A stretch of 53,821 nt of DNA from an uncultured Planctomycetia bacterium (GTDB lineage: Bacteria; Omnitrophota; Gorgyraeia; Duberdicusellales; 4484-171): contig CAYQUQ010000004.1 in the NCBI GenBank assembly GCA_964420965.1, forward strand, positions 1,252 through 55,072, given 5' to 3'. Positions within the stretch are counted from its first letter, which is position 1. Each line of letters begins with the position of its first letter. A program made the position numbers and the translations under genes. Positions 15,895 through 24,685 of this stretch are shown in pieces. The notes beneath the pieces were generated by a model that made no database searches, was not told the origin of the DNA, and saw only the letters and a program-made list of their open reading frames with translations.

Positions 15895-17669
15895 TTATAG
15901 CTAATAAGGTCAAGGATTTAGCAGCCAAAGCCAGGCAGAAGAAATTATTTTTCATTATCCCCTTCGCGGCGATTTTAGTTATAACTATAATTTACGGCGT
16001 GAGCAAAAAGCCTCTCCACCAGCTGAAAACAAAAATTAAAATCGAAGACTCATTCGGGGTGGAACCGATCGACAACGAAATCCTGTCCCGGGCTTTAAGT
16101 AAAGCAGGCCTTTTAAACAGCAACAGGCCCCTTGATTCCATATCCTGGCTCAGGCAGAAGATAACTTTGGTTTGGGACCAGCCCGCCGGCATCCTGGAAA
16201 TTATGATTACCGGCCACAATCCCAAGAAGATGTCCCGGCTGGTTAATGAGGTGTCTAAGATTTATGTGGCCGAGGTGAATCTTAAGGTGGAAAGGATAAA
16301 TAAAAGACTGATTGGCAAGAGAGAATCGGAGTTAGAGGAGTATAAGGCAAGCCTTAAGGATAAGCTTCTGGACGCCAAGAAAAAACTGGAAGATTATGAG
16401 CAGAGAATAGAGGCGGTAAGGCTGGCCGAAGAAAAGGACATCGGTAAAGCCGTGACCGTTAAGTCCCGTTTGATGGAGCTGGAGATTGAGCGTGCGGAGC
16501 TACTCAGGATTTACACCGAGGTCCATCCGGATGTGGTTCGGGTCAATTCCGAAATCGATAATCTAAAAAAACAGATGGATTTACTTCCCTTAGAGCCTAA
16601 AGGCAGGATTCAGCTGGAACGGGAGCTCAGCGACCACCAGAAAGTGTACTCCGCGCTTAAGGATAAGTGGGATGAAGCCAGCCTCAAAAGGATAGAGGAG
16701 CTTAAGGGTCTGAAGGTTAAGTCGGCCGTGATTTCTGACGCCGAAGAAGAAGCTTACCCGGTAGATTTAACCCGCAGAAATTTAATTTTTATCCTGGGGA
16801 TTACCGTTTCTTTTTTGGCCGGTTTAGGCTCGCTGGCCGCAGTGGTGTTTCTGGATACCTCTTTGTTAACCCCGGAACAAGTTTATACGTTTACCCACCT
16901 TCCGGTATTGGGGGCTGTACCTTATCTTAAACCCCGGCTGCTGAAAAGTACCAAGATAAAAGAGAAAAGCAGTTTAATCCTGGGCTGGGAAGATAATTCC
17001 GAGGTGATCGAGCCCTACCGGACGCTTTATAATAATATACTTTCCGATATTTTCCAGGGTCAAATGGATAACAAATCGATTCTTCTGACCAGTTCTACTG
17101 CCGGAGAAAGCAAGACCATAATCGCTTCTAACCTGGCTCTGGTTATGGCTAAGATGGGGAGGAGAGTTTTACTGGTTGACGCTAATTTTATTAACCCTTC
17201 GGTGCACCGTGTTTTTGGTATTGAGAGCCGGATGTCCGGATTTACTGATTTATTAAATAAAGGGACCGATTTTAAAGCGGCTATAAGAGACGTAACCGAC
17301 ATTCTGCTCGGTAATATCGGGTTAGAGGCAGCCTTGAAGTTTAAAGGCCTGGACCGATTAAAACTGGTTACTGCCGGTTCGCCAGTTTCTGATCCCGGCG
17401 GACTGCTTAAGTCCGAGAATACGAATTTAGTGATAGAGGAGTTTAAGAAAAGATTTGATTGTGTTATTTTAGACGGCCCAGCCATATCTGCCAGTGCCGA
17501 CAGCTTGAGTTTAGCCGCACACTGCGAGGCGACCTTCATAGTCTATTCCGTCGGCAAGACCCCGCGTAAGAGTCTTAAGTCGGCTTTGATTCAGGCCGGG
17601 GATACTCAGGAAGCAGGTGCTGGGGGTGGGATGGCCGTCAAGGGGGTTATAGTAAACTTATGTATTTAG
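15891..17669 (+). CDS. Second Wzc-like co-polymerase with a degenerate P-loop domain and no Tyr tail (likely pseudokinase)
   Basis: Same topology: TM, coiled coil, TM, P-loop domain. Walker A is STAGESKT (the Gly before Lys is replaced by Ser). Walker A' is VDANFINP instead of DxDLRRP. Walker B ILDGPA is kept. The C-terminus is ...GGGMAVKGVIVNLCI, with no tyrosine cluster. Confidence 0.75.
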   Translation: MIIANKVKDLAAKARQKKLFFIIPFAAILVITIIYGVSKKPLHQLKTKIKIEDSFGVEPIDNEILSRALSKAGLLNSNRPLDSISWLRQKITLVWDQPAGILEIMITGHNPKKMSRLVNEVSKIYVAEVNLKVERINKRLIGKRESELEEYKASLKDKLLDAKKKLEDYEQRIEAVRLAEEKDIGKAVTVKSRLMELEIERAELLRIYTEVHPDVVRVNSEIDNLKKQMDLLPLEPKGRIQLERELSDHQKVYSALKDKWDEASLKRIEELKGLKVKSAVISDAEEEAYPVDLTRRNLIFILGITVSFLAGLGSLAAVVFLDTSLLTPEQVYTFTHLPVLGAVPYLKPRLLKSTKIKEKSSLILGWEDNSEVIEPYRTLYNNILSDIFQGQMDNKSILLTSSTAGESKTIIASNLALVMAKMGRRVLLVDANFINPSVHRVFGIESRMSGFTDLLNKGTDFKAAIRDVTDILLGNIGLEAALKFKGLDRLKLVTAGSPVSDPGGLLKSENTNLVIEEFKKRFDCVILDGPAISASADSLSLAAHCEATFIVYSVGKTPRKSLKSALIQAGDTQEAGAGGGMAVKGVIVNLCI

Positions 17670-18466
17670 AATATTGGAAATTTAACGAGAAACCTTTCGA
17701 GAACACGCCGGATCCCAGATTCCTATACCGATCTTCGAATCACGAAGAAGCCCTGGTGCGCATGAGTTACTGCATTGGAGAGGCTAAGGGTGCGGCCATG
17801 CTTACCGGAGAATACGGCTCCGGAAAGACGGTGCTTACCCGGGTATTGGTGAAGGAGCTTTTAAAGGATGATCAAAAATTTAAACTGGCCTTGATCGTAA
17901 ACCCTTCTTTCTCAGCTACTGATTTTTTAAGAGAAATCATATTCCAATTTGACCACACCCTGCTTAAGGGAAGCAAACTTAATCTCATCCACAGGCTTAA
18001 TGAGATTCTGTATAAAGGGATGAGCGAGGGCAAGAAAGCCGTGGTTATAGTCGATGAAGCCCAGGCCATAAAGAGCAACAGCATGTATGAGGAACTAAGG
18101 CTTTTATTGAATTTTCAGATGAATGACCGCTTTCTCCTGACTCTCCTTTTGGTCGGCCAGCCGGAGTTGAAGAAGAAGGTGGATAAAATTCCGCAACTTA
18201 AGCAAAGACTGGCCATAACCTATCATCTGAGCGGATTAAGCGAAAGCGACGTTATCAAGTATATTGATTACCGCTGCGCTGTCGCCGGAAAACAGGAGAG
18301 CGTATTCACCGAGGATGCTTCTAAAGTTATCGGCAAGCGGGCCGAAGGAATCCCCCGCAGAATAAATACTATCTGTGAGCTTGCGCTCTTGCAGGGGATG
18401 CTGGAAAGAAAAGAGAGAATAGACGCGCGAATCGTGGAAAAGGTGGCCGAGGAGGTTTATGTATGA
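17660..18466 (+). CDS. ExeA-like AAA ATPase (type seen in exosortase/PEP-CTERM-type EPS loci)
   Basis: N-terminus MYLEYWKFNEKPFENTPDPRFLY is the classic ExeA-family opening. Walker A GEYGSGKT. Walker B VVIVDEAQ. Confidence 0.8.
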   Translation: MYLEYWKFNEKPFENTPDPRFLYRSSNHEEALVRMSYCIGEAKGAAMLTGEYGSGKTVLTRVLVKELLKDDQKFKLALIVNPSFSATDFLREIIFQFDHTLLKGSKLNLIHRLNEILYKGMSEGKKAVVIVDEAQAIKSNSMYEELRLLLNFQMNDRFLLTLLLVGQPELKKKVDKIPQLKQRLAITYHLSGLSESDVIKYIDYRCAVAGKQESVFTEDASKVIGKRAEGIPRRINTICELALLQGMLERKERIDARIVEKVAEEVYV

Positions 18467-19485
18467 TCAGAATAAGTGATATTATAAAGATGGGAGGGAC
18501 TCCGGGTTCTGAAAATGAACCAGCACCTTTAATAAAGGAGACCCAAAAACAAGATATACCCAATATAGCCCGGGAAGTCGAAGCCCACCGGATTGAGACA
18601 GTCGGCTTATACAACCGGGGCGTAAATTTAATGAAGCGGCTGCTGGAGAAGGCCCGGGAAGGCGCGGAGATAAGGATCGGCCCGATTATCGATTTCGTCA
18701 GAACTCTGGTTGAAGTCATGCTGGTGCAGGAGGATGCCCAGTTGATTAAGTTTTACGAAGCGGTGAACCCCGAAGATTACCTGCCGCACCATTGCGTAAA
18801 CGTCAGTTTATTAGCGGCAAAAATGGGAATTTGGCTGGGTTTGAATAAATCTGACCTTATGGAAGTAACTATGGCCGCGTTTTTACACGATTTGGGGATG
18901 GTAAAAGTGGAAAAACTGGTTCAGAAAAAGGGCAGGCTGGGTTTAGGCGAGCGAAGGCAGGTAAACCGGCACCCCCGATACAGCGAGCATTTTTTAAGAA
19001 AAATGGGGTGTTTAAGCGAAGTCGGGCTTAAGGCGGTAAGAGACCATCACCGTAAAGGTGCGCGCGATACCTTCTCCCAGATTATTGGCTTGTCGGATGT
19101 ATACGAAGCCATAACTCACCCCCGTCTGCACAAGAAGGCCAAAGCCCCCCATCAGGCCATCGGCGAAATTATCGAACAGGAAACTTTGAGCTTTCAGCCG
19201 CAGATAATGAAAGTTTTCGTGAATAACCTGGGAGTATACCCGGTCGGAAGCTGGGTCAGGTTAAGTACGGGGGAAGTCGGGATAGTGGTGGATATCAATA
19301 AAGGGTACCCTTTGCGTCCTAAAGTGAATGTAACCTTTGATCATAACGGGGAGCGCCTGGAGAGTTCTAAGCATCTGGATTTTATGACCGAATCCTATTT
19401 TTATATTGACGGACCTTTAAGCGCTGTTGATGCCGAGAGGTTGAAAGCGAAATGGGAAGCTGATAAGGCGGGAGCGTCAGGTTAA
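18463..19485 (+). CDS. HD-domain protein, HD-GYP-like but lacking the GYP motif
   Basis: HHCVNVS...AAFLHDLGMVKV (H...HD). Later DHHRKGARDTFSQIIGLSDVYEAITHPR occurs where HD-GYP proteins have HHE..DG.GYP....i...a.i..vaDv.dA....R. The GYP segment is absent. Confidence 0.65.
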   Translation: MIRISDIIKMGGTPGSENEPAPLIKETQKQDIPNIAREVEAHRIETVGLYNRGVNLMKRLLEKAREGAEIRIGPIIDFVRTLVEVMLVQEDAQLIKFYEAVNPEDYLPHHCVNVSLLAAKMGIWLGLNKSDLMEVTMAAFLHDLGMVKVEKLVQKKGRLGLGERRQVNRHPRYSEHFLRKMGCLSEVGLKAVRDHHRKGARDTFSQIIGLSDVYEAITHPRLHKKAKAPHQAIGEIIEQETLSFQPQIMKVFVNNLGVYPVGSWVRLSTGEVGIVVDINKGYPLRPKVNVTFDHNGERLESSKHLDFMTESYFYIDGPLSAVDAERLKAKWEADKAGASG

Positions 19486-19520
19486 TTTGCCGGACAAATT
19501 GAGAAACTCAGGAGGCATAA

Positions 19521-19988
19521 GTGAAGGTAAAGATGAGGATTAATAGCGGGGATCACTTAATAATCGCAGCCGTATTCTCTTTTGCGCTTATATTTTTATC
19601 CCCGCAAAGCTTTTCCCAGGTAAGGCTCGAAAATTTGGGAACTACTAAAAAGAATAAAAAAGGGGGGTATGATTTCTATAGTGCCTCCGGAGAAAAGGTA
19701 GGGTATTCTACCCAGAAAAGAAGAAGCGGAGCCGTTGAGTTTTATGACGCTAAAGGAAATAAGCGCAAAGTCTTGAAGAAGAGCCGCCGGGGAAAGTCCA
19801 AAGACGATTACACCGTTTACAGTGCCGACGGGGCCAAGGAAGGGGCTTTAAGTAAGAAGACCGACGGAACCTTTTCTTACCAGGACGAGGAGAGCGGTCA
19901 AATTATAATAACGATGCCGGGAGCCAAAGATGACGTGACCAGTCTATCCATAGAGATTCTTGAAGACGATAAGAAAGAGGGAGAGTAA
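19521..19988 (+). CDS. Secreted Lys-rich repeat protein of unknown function
   Basis: AGGAGG lies 6 nt before GTG 19521. Signal-like LIIAAVFSFALIFLSPQSFSQ. Four ~20-25-aa repeats of an h-x-h-Y-x-(A/D)-x-G type (YDFYSASGEKVGYS, VEFYDAKGNKRKVL, YTVYSADGAKEGAL, TFSYQDEESGQIII). Confidence 0.5.
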   Translation: MKVKMRINSGDHLIIAAVFSFALIFLSPQSFSQVRLENLGTTKKNKKGGYDFYSASGEKVGYSTQKRRSGAVEFYDAKGNKRKVLKKSRRGKSKDDYTVYSADGAKEGALSKKTDGTFSYQDEESGQIIITMPGAKDDVTSLSIEILEDDKKEGE

Positions 19989-19989
19989 A

Positions 19990-20451
19990 TTGCGGGATCG
20001 TCCCCGGAGAATAATAAAGAAAAAAGTCGACGCCCTGGGAAGAGAGATAAAAAGAGAAGAGATCCATGAAGACGCTGGTGGGAACAAAAGGCTTAAGCGG
20101 CGCGGGTCTTTGCCTTTCGCTTCAGGCTCAGGGAAGCGGATTAAGAAAATAGTAACTAACTTTTATTTTGTGACTATTTTTTTAGGCGTAATAGCGGGGC
20201 TGGCTGTTGCTTGGGTTTCGAAAAGAGCTTTTCGCCACGATTTCTACGGGAGCAGGGCCGGGGCTAAAAAAGAATCTTTAACGGTAAAAGATTTTTACGA
20301 AGTCTTGAAGGGCTTAGAGGGGCAGATGCGTAAGAGCGTCGAGCACGATTTAACCGACGAAGAAAAGTGGCTTAAGAGTAAAAGCGATCAGCAAATTTAC
20401 CAAAATAGACTTAGAGAAATAAGAAAAGGCTTAAAGAAACTCAAAGACTAG
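19990..20451 (+). CDS. Basic single-pass membrane protein of unknown function
   Basis: Same frame as track ORF 19960-20451. I prefer TTG 19990 because GAGGGAG (19977-19983) lies 6 nt upstream and it avoids the overlap. TM helix FYFVTIFLGVIAGLAVAWV. Lys/Arg-rich flanks. Confidence 0.4.
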   Translation: MRDRPRRIIKKKVDALGREIKREEIHEDAGGNKRLKRRGSLPFASGSGKRIKKIVTNFYFVTIFLGVIAGLAVAWVSKRAFRHDFYGSRAGAKKESLTVKDFYEVLKGLEGQMRKSVEHDLTDEEKWLKSKSDQQIYQNRLREIRKGLKKLKD

Positions 20452-20891
20452 TGAATAATAAGAATATCGTTTTGGTTCAAAAAGAGATAACCGGAAGAAA
20501 ATCCGTAGCCCCGCTGGTGTTTATTCTGATCGTGATCATTTCGGGGGTAGCGGTCGGGGCCGCGGCCAGTTATTTACATCAGAAGATATTCCGGAGAAAG
20601 AAGAAACCGGTGTCTGAGAGAAGCAGAGGGGCAGTTTTAGAGCAAGGCGTAATCAGGGAAGGTTTATGGGAAGAGGTTTCGGACCTTCCTTTAGAGGAAA
20701 TTCCCCTGGAGGAGTTGGCCCGGGTCGGTCTTCTTCAGCGGGCCGCCGAAGATATCGACGAGAGGATAAAGCATCTTTTGCGCCAGATCGAACTCTTTGA
20801 GGATGAAGGAAAGTTTAAAGAAGCTGCCCGGCATCGCCGCGAACTTGAAGATTTAAGGCGGCGGCTGGAAGTAATCAAGAGAGGGGAATAG
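20451..20891 (+). CDS. Single-pass membrane protein with a charged coiled-coil tail, unknown function
   Basis: GTG start overlapping the upstream TAG. TM helix APLVFILIVIISGVAVGAAASYL. C-terminus is RRELEDLRRRLEVIKRGE-type charged helix. Confidence 0.4.
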   Translation: MNNKNIVLVQKEITGRKSVAPLVFILIVIISGVAVGAAASYLHQKIFRRKKKPVSERSRGAVLEQGVIREGLWEEVSDLPLEEIPLEELARVGLLQRAAEDIDERIKHLLRQIELFEDEGKFKEAARHRRELEDLRRRLEVIKRGE

Positions 20892-20905
20892 GAGCAAAGG
20901 TAGGT

Positions 20906-22531
20906 ATGTCGGAAGAGAAAGACAAGTGGGCGGTAAAAGATGCCGGTTTTGAAGATTTAGACGCTAAAAGAGTTAGCGCTTACATAGATAAACGTCAATC
21001 CCGGTTAGGAGAAAAAACCAGTGGGTCCAGAGATAAACTATTGAGGGAGTTAGGTATCCTGACCGAAGTCGGCGGTAAATCCGTGCCCACCGCTGCCGGA
21101 GTGCTCTTGTTCGGTAAACATCCCCAGAATTTTCTGATGTCCAGCGGTGTAAGAGCGGTGAGGTTTAAGGGAAAAACCGTAACCAGCGATATCATCGACC
21201 AGAAAGAGATTAAGGGAACAATATCGGAGATGATTGATGCCGCAGTCGAGTTTGCCAAAGGATATATCGACGAAGATACAGATGAGGCGTTTCCTCAAGG
21301 TGAAAAGTTTTCAAAATACCCTGTAGCTGCAGTTAAGGAAGCAATAACTAACGCTATCGTTCATCGGGATTACACTCTGGAAGGAGCCTCGGTTCGAATT
21401 TTGATCTTTGACAACCGGATCGAGGTATATACTCCGGGGGGATTACCGGAAGGAGTAACTGCCGAAAATTTAGAGTATACTCAGTATTCCCGCAATGAAA
21501 TAATCGCCGAGACGCTGCTGGATCTGGGTGAATATATCGTTAAATTAGGCACGGGAATAAAACGCATAAAATCCTTAGTCAAGGAATGGGGTTTAAAGGA
21601 GCCGGAATTCTTAGATACCGGAGTTGATTTCCTGATTACTATTTTCGGCCCCATTGACCGGGATTGGCGGGTAAAAAAGCAGGAAAGGGTGTTGCGGATT
21701 GAAAAAAGTCTGGGCCCTACAAAGACCCCTCAGGAAATCGGTTATCTTTCGCGGGATAAATATGCCGCCCATCGCCAGGTCCATAAATCGCACCGGAGAA
21801 AAGATGCCCCGAAGGATTCCCGACGGCAATTTAAAATTAACCGGAAAATAATCGCGATATCAGCCGCGGTTATTATTTTATTTACGCTGGCGGCCGGCGC
21901 GTTCAATCATCTGCGCCGCAGCCGGAATCCCTTTTATCGCTACCAGAAGGCAGCCTTGTGGCATCAGCGTCAAAGTTACCACAAAGCGATTAAAGCCTAT
22001 GTTGCTTTTATAAAGAAATTTCCCCAGCATAGCAAGACTGACGATGCTCGATACTACCTGGCGGCCTGTTTCGAAAAAATCGGCCGGGACCAGGACGCTT
22101 TAAAGGCTTACAAGAAGTTGATCGACAATCATCCGCATAGCCCCTGGAGGGAATACGCTTACTACTGGCGGGGATCAATTTATCATAGACTCGGTAAGTT
22201 TGATGATGCTATAATAGAGTATCAAAAGGTATTGGCGGATGGCCAGGAAAACCCCTTGGGATTATCAGCATTGGAGGATACCGCGCTTATTTACCAGAAG
22301 CAAGACAAGTTCAGAGAGGCCCTTTCAGCCTACCGGAAAATACTGGAGAGCAAGGAAAGCCTGTCGGATGGTTACGAGCATTATCAGATTGCCCTGTGCT
22401 ATCTAAATCTGGGAGAGTTTAAAGAGGCCAGAATAAATTTCGAAAAGGTAATTGCCAACAAGCAGGCGAAGGAAGAACTGATCGGTAAAGCCGAAAAACG
22501 GATAGCGGAATTAGATTTTCCGAAGGAGTGA
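20906..22531 (+). CDS. Fusion protein: RecG-like/HATPase_c_4 ATP-binding module + TM helix + TPR (YbgF-like) domain
   Basis: N-terminal ~250 aa: PTAAGVLLFGKHPQNF, PVAAVKEAITNAIVHRDY, IEVYTPGGLPEGVT, YSRNEIIAETLLDLGEYIVKLGTGIKRI (the AlbA_2-C / HATPase_c_4 pattern of putative transcriptional regulators). TM helix IIAISAAVIILFTLAAGAF. C-terminal ~200 aa TPR-like (YHKAIKAYVAFIKKFPQHSKTDDARYYLAACFEKIGRDQDALKAYKKLIDNHPHSPW...). Confidence 0.6.
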   Translation: MSEEKDKWAVKDAGFEDLDAKRVSAYIDKRQSRLGEKTSGSRDKLLRELGILTEVGGKSVPTAAGVLLFGKHPQNFLMSSGVRAVRFKGKTVTSDIIDQKEIKGTISEMIDAAVEFAKGYIDEDTDEAFPQGEKFSKYPVAAVKEAITNAIVHRDYTLEGASVRILIFDNRIEVYTPGGLPEGVTAENLEYTQYSRNEIIAETLLDLGEYIVKLGTGIKRIKSLVKEWGLKEPEFLDTGVDFLITIFGPIDRDWRVKKQERVLRIEKSLGPTKTPQEIGYLSRDKYAAHRQVHKSHRRKDAPKDSRRQFKINRKIIAISAAVIILFTLAAGAFNHLRRSRNPFYRYQKAALWHQRQSYHKAIKAYVAFIKKFPQHSKTDDARYYLAACFEKIGRDQDALKAYKKLIDNHPHSPWREYAYYWRGSIYHRLGKFDDAIIEYQKVLADGQENPLGLSALEDTALIYQKQDKFREALSAYRKILESKESLSDGYEHYQIALCYLNLGEFKEARINFEKVIANKQAKEELIGKAEKRIAELDFPKE

Positions 22532-22532
22532 T

Positions 22533-23945
22533 ATGAAGCCCCGGGAAAGAGAAGTTAGCTTAGGCGACTACCTTAATGTCGTTTTTAAAAGAAAACAGGT
22601 AATTATTCTGTCGGTGGCGGTGGTAACTTTAAGCAGCCTTTTCTTTGGTTCTTCCCAGGATTTGATTTATAAGGCCAGTTCTTATATCGGGGTAGAGGCA
22701 TCCGACCGCGACAGCAACCTGGCCAGATCAATTAACCGCTTTGTGGAAAGCCGTATCTTTTCAGAAGAAATGGTTAGCTTTATGAAATTCGAAAAAGCCA
22801 AGGGCCTAAAGGCCGGAGGCGAGCTTTCCGAAGATTTCATTTTTGACATTGACGCGGACGTTTTACAGAATTCTCTTTCGATTGAGGAAGAAGGGCCGAA
22901 CATTTTAAAAATTAGCGCCTTAGCCGGCAGTTCCAAGAAGAGTAAATATATCGCCGATGTTGCCGCTAAGGTGGTGGCGGAGCAGAGCCGCCGCGGCCTG
23001 CTCAGGAGCAGCTACGCCTCTCTCAAGTACGTGGAGAGGCAGATCGAGATACTGAAGCAAAGGATCGACGAGATTAAAAAAGAGCTTTCCAGATATACCC
23101 CGGTGATAACCGCCGAGGAAGTTCTTTTGCCCGAAGAGGAGCAGGAACTGGAGAAGCTCCAGCAGGATTATATCAATAGTAAGTTAAAACGCCAGATGGC
23201 CGAGGCTCAGTTGAAGGTGCTGGAGGAAAAGCTGGCCCGGCGCAAAACAAGGGAGGTTTTCTTTTCTTCTGTTCCCCAGTCCGACCAACTGGTTAAGCTT
23301 AATCAGGAATTGGCAGGTTTTAAGAGCAAGCTTTCGGAATTATTAATTCAATTTACCGAAGAGCATCCCCGGGTAATCGAGGTTCAGGCCCAGATCGAAA
23401 GAACCAGGGGCCAGATTGACCGGGAGGTGGTCAAGCCTTTAGAGGATCTAAAGGTTCAAATTGCCGCCGCTAAAGATAAAGAAGAGACCTTAAAAGAAAT
23501 TATGGAGGTACGCTTTCCGGTGAGGCCGGAGGTTTCCGGCGGCAGAGAAAGTGCAGCTTTAAAGACTTTTCAGCTTAAACGCGAGCTTAAGATACACGAG
23601 AAGACTTACGATAGATTACTGGAAGAGAAAGAAAAAATTAATGTCGATTTTTTATTGGATGCGACTAAGGTAAAGATATTAAGGTTAGCCGCAGAGCCCA
23701 AAAGGGCGGAGAAACCCAAGAGTTTACCGCCGGTTGTCATAGCGGTGTCTATGGGGTTGATTTTAGGGCTTACTCTGGCTTTCATCCAGGAGAATTTAGA
23801 TACTTCTTTAAAAACGATTAACGATATCGAATATTATTTGAATCAACCTGTAATCGGAGTAATCCCGGTGATCCGTTCCGAGAAGAAAAAAGTGATTGAT
23901 TCCCGGATGCAGCAGATAAAAGGTAAATTATTTCCGCAGAAATAA
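22533..23945 (+). CDS. Wzz/GumC-like chain-length determinant (stand-alone transmembrane modulator of a split BY-kinase)
   Basis: N-terminal TM (VIILSVAVVTLSSLFFG), long coiled coil, C-terminal TM (LPPVVIAVSMGLILGLTLAFI), then ENLDTSLKTINDIE, the usual junction sequence before a kinase domain. That kinase domain is encoded by the next gene. Confidence 0.8.
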   Translation: MKPREREVSLGDYLNVVFKRKQVIILSVAVVTLSSLFFGSSQDLIYKASSYIGVEASDRDSNLARSINRFVESRIFSEEMVSFMKFEKAKGLKAGGELSEDFIFDIDADVLQNSLSIEEEGPNILKISALAGSSKKSKYIADVAAKVVAEQSRRGLLRSSYASLKYVERQIEILKQRIDEIKKELSRYTPVITAEEVLLPEEEQELEKLQQDYINSKLKRQMAEAQLKVLEEKLARRKTREVFFSSVPQSDQLVKLNQELAGFKSKLSELLIQFTEEHPRVIEVQAQIERTRGQIDREVVKPLEDLKVQIAAAKDKEETLKEIMEVRFPVRPEVSGGRESAALKTFQLKRELKIHEKTYDRLLEEKEKINVDFLLDATKVKILRLAAEPKRAEKPKSLPPVVIAVSMGLILGLTLAFIQENLDTSLKTINDIEYYLNQPVIGVIPVIRSEKKKVIDSRMQQIKGKLFPQK

Positions 23946-24685
23946 TGGCCGCGGATTATAAAACCGGACGCAATATGGAAAATGAAAAAATAAATCTGGC
24001 TTCCGTCGATGCCAATGTAATCGTTCAGCTTGATCCCCGTTCTCCGGAGGCGGAAGCGTACCGTTCTTTACGCACAAATATTTTAAGGACGAATATTGAT
24101 AAACCACCCCGGGTTTTATTGCTTACCAGTGCCCACCCCGCGGAAGGAAAAACCATTACAGGCATAAATTTAGCTATTGTTATGGCTGAAATCGGCAAAA
24201 AAACGCTGTTGATTGATTGTGATTTACGGCGTCCCTCGGTGCATTCTGCGCTGGGAATAAGTAAAGAAGGGGGAGTAAGCGAGATACTGTACGGAAACTT
24301 AGAGTGGGATGCAGCTTTAAAGTTTTGCGATATCGAAAATCTGCGTATTATTACCAGCGGAACTATACCGCACAATCCGGCCGAAATAATCGGGTCGGAT
24401 AAGATGCGTTTATTTTTGGAAGAGGCCAGAGATGTGTTTGATATAGTTGTGCTTGACGCTCCCTGCGCCCTGGCCGTTACGGACAGCCTGATCTTAAGTT
24501 CTCTGGTTGACGGAATACTGATGGTAATTCTGGCCGAGAAGACTCCCCGCCAAGCGGTTCAGCGTACCCTGGATATGCTTGCGGATGTAAAGGGCCATAT
24601 CTTGGGAGCGGTTTTCAATAAAGCCAACCTGCGCCGCAGCCACTACTATTACTATTATTATTATGGTTCCCGACCAAAAAAATAG
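23945..24685 (+). CDS. Cytoplasmic BY-type tyrosine autokinase (CapB/CpsD-like)
   Basis: EAYRSLRTNI. Walker A SAHPAEGKT. Walker A' IDCDLRRP. Walker B VVLDAPC. C-terminal SHYYYYYYYGSRPKK. TAATG overlap with the upstream gene. Confidence 0.9.
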   Translation: MAADYKTGRNMENEKINLASVDANVIVQLDPRSPEAEAYRSLRTNILRTNIDKPPRVLLLTSAHPAEGKTITGINLAIVMAEIGKKTLLIDCDLRRPSVHSALGISKEGGVSEILYGNLEWDAALKFCDIENLRIITSGTIPHNPAEIIGSDKMRLFLEEARDVFDIVVLDAPCALAVTDSLILSSLVDGILMVILAEKTPRQAVQRTLDMLADVKGHILGAVFNKANLRRSHYYYYYYYGSRPKK

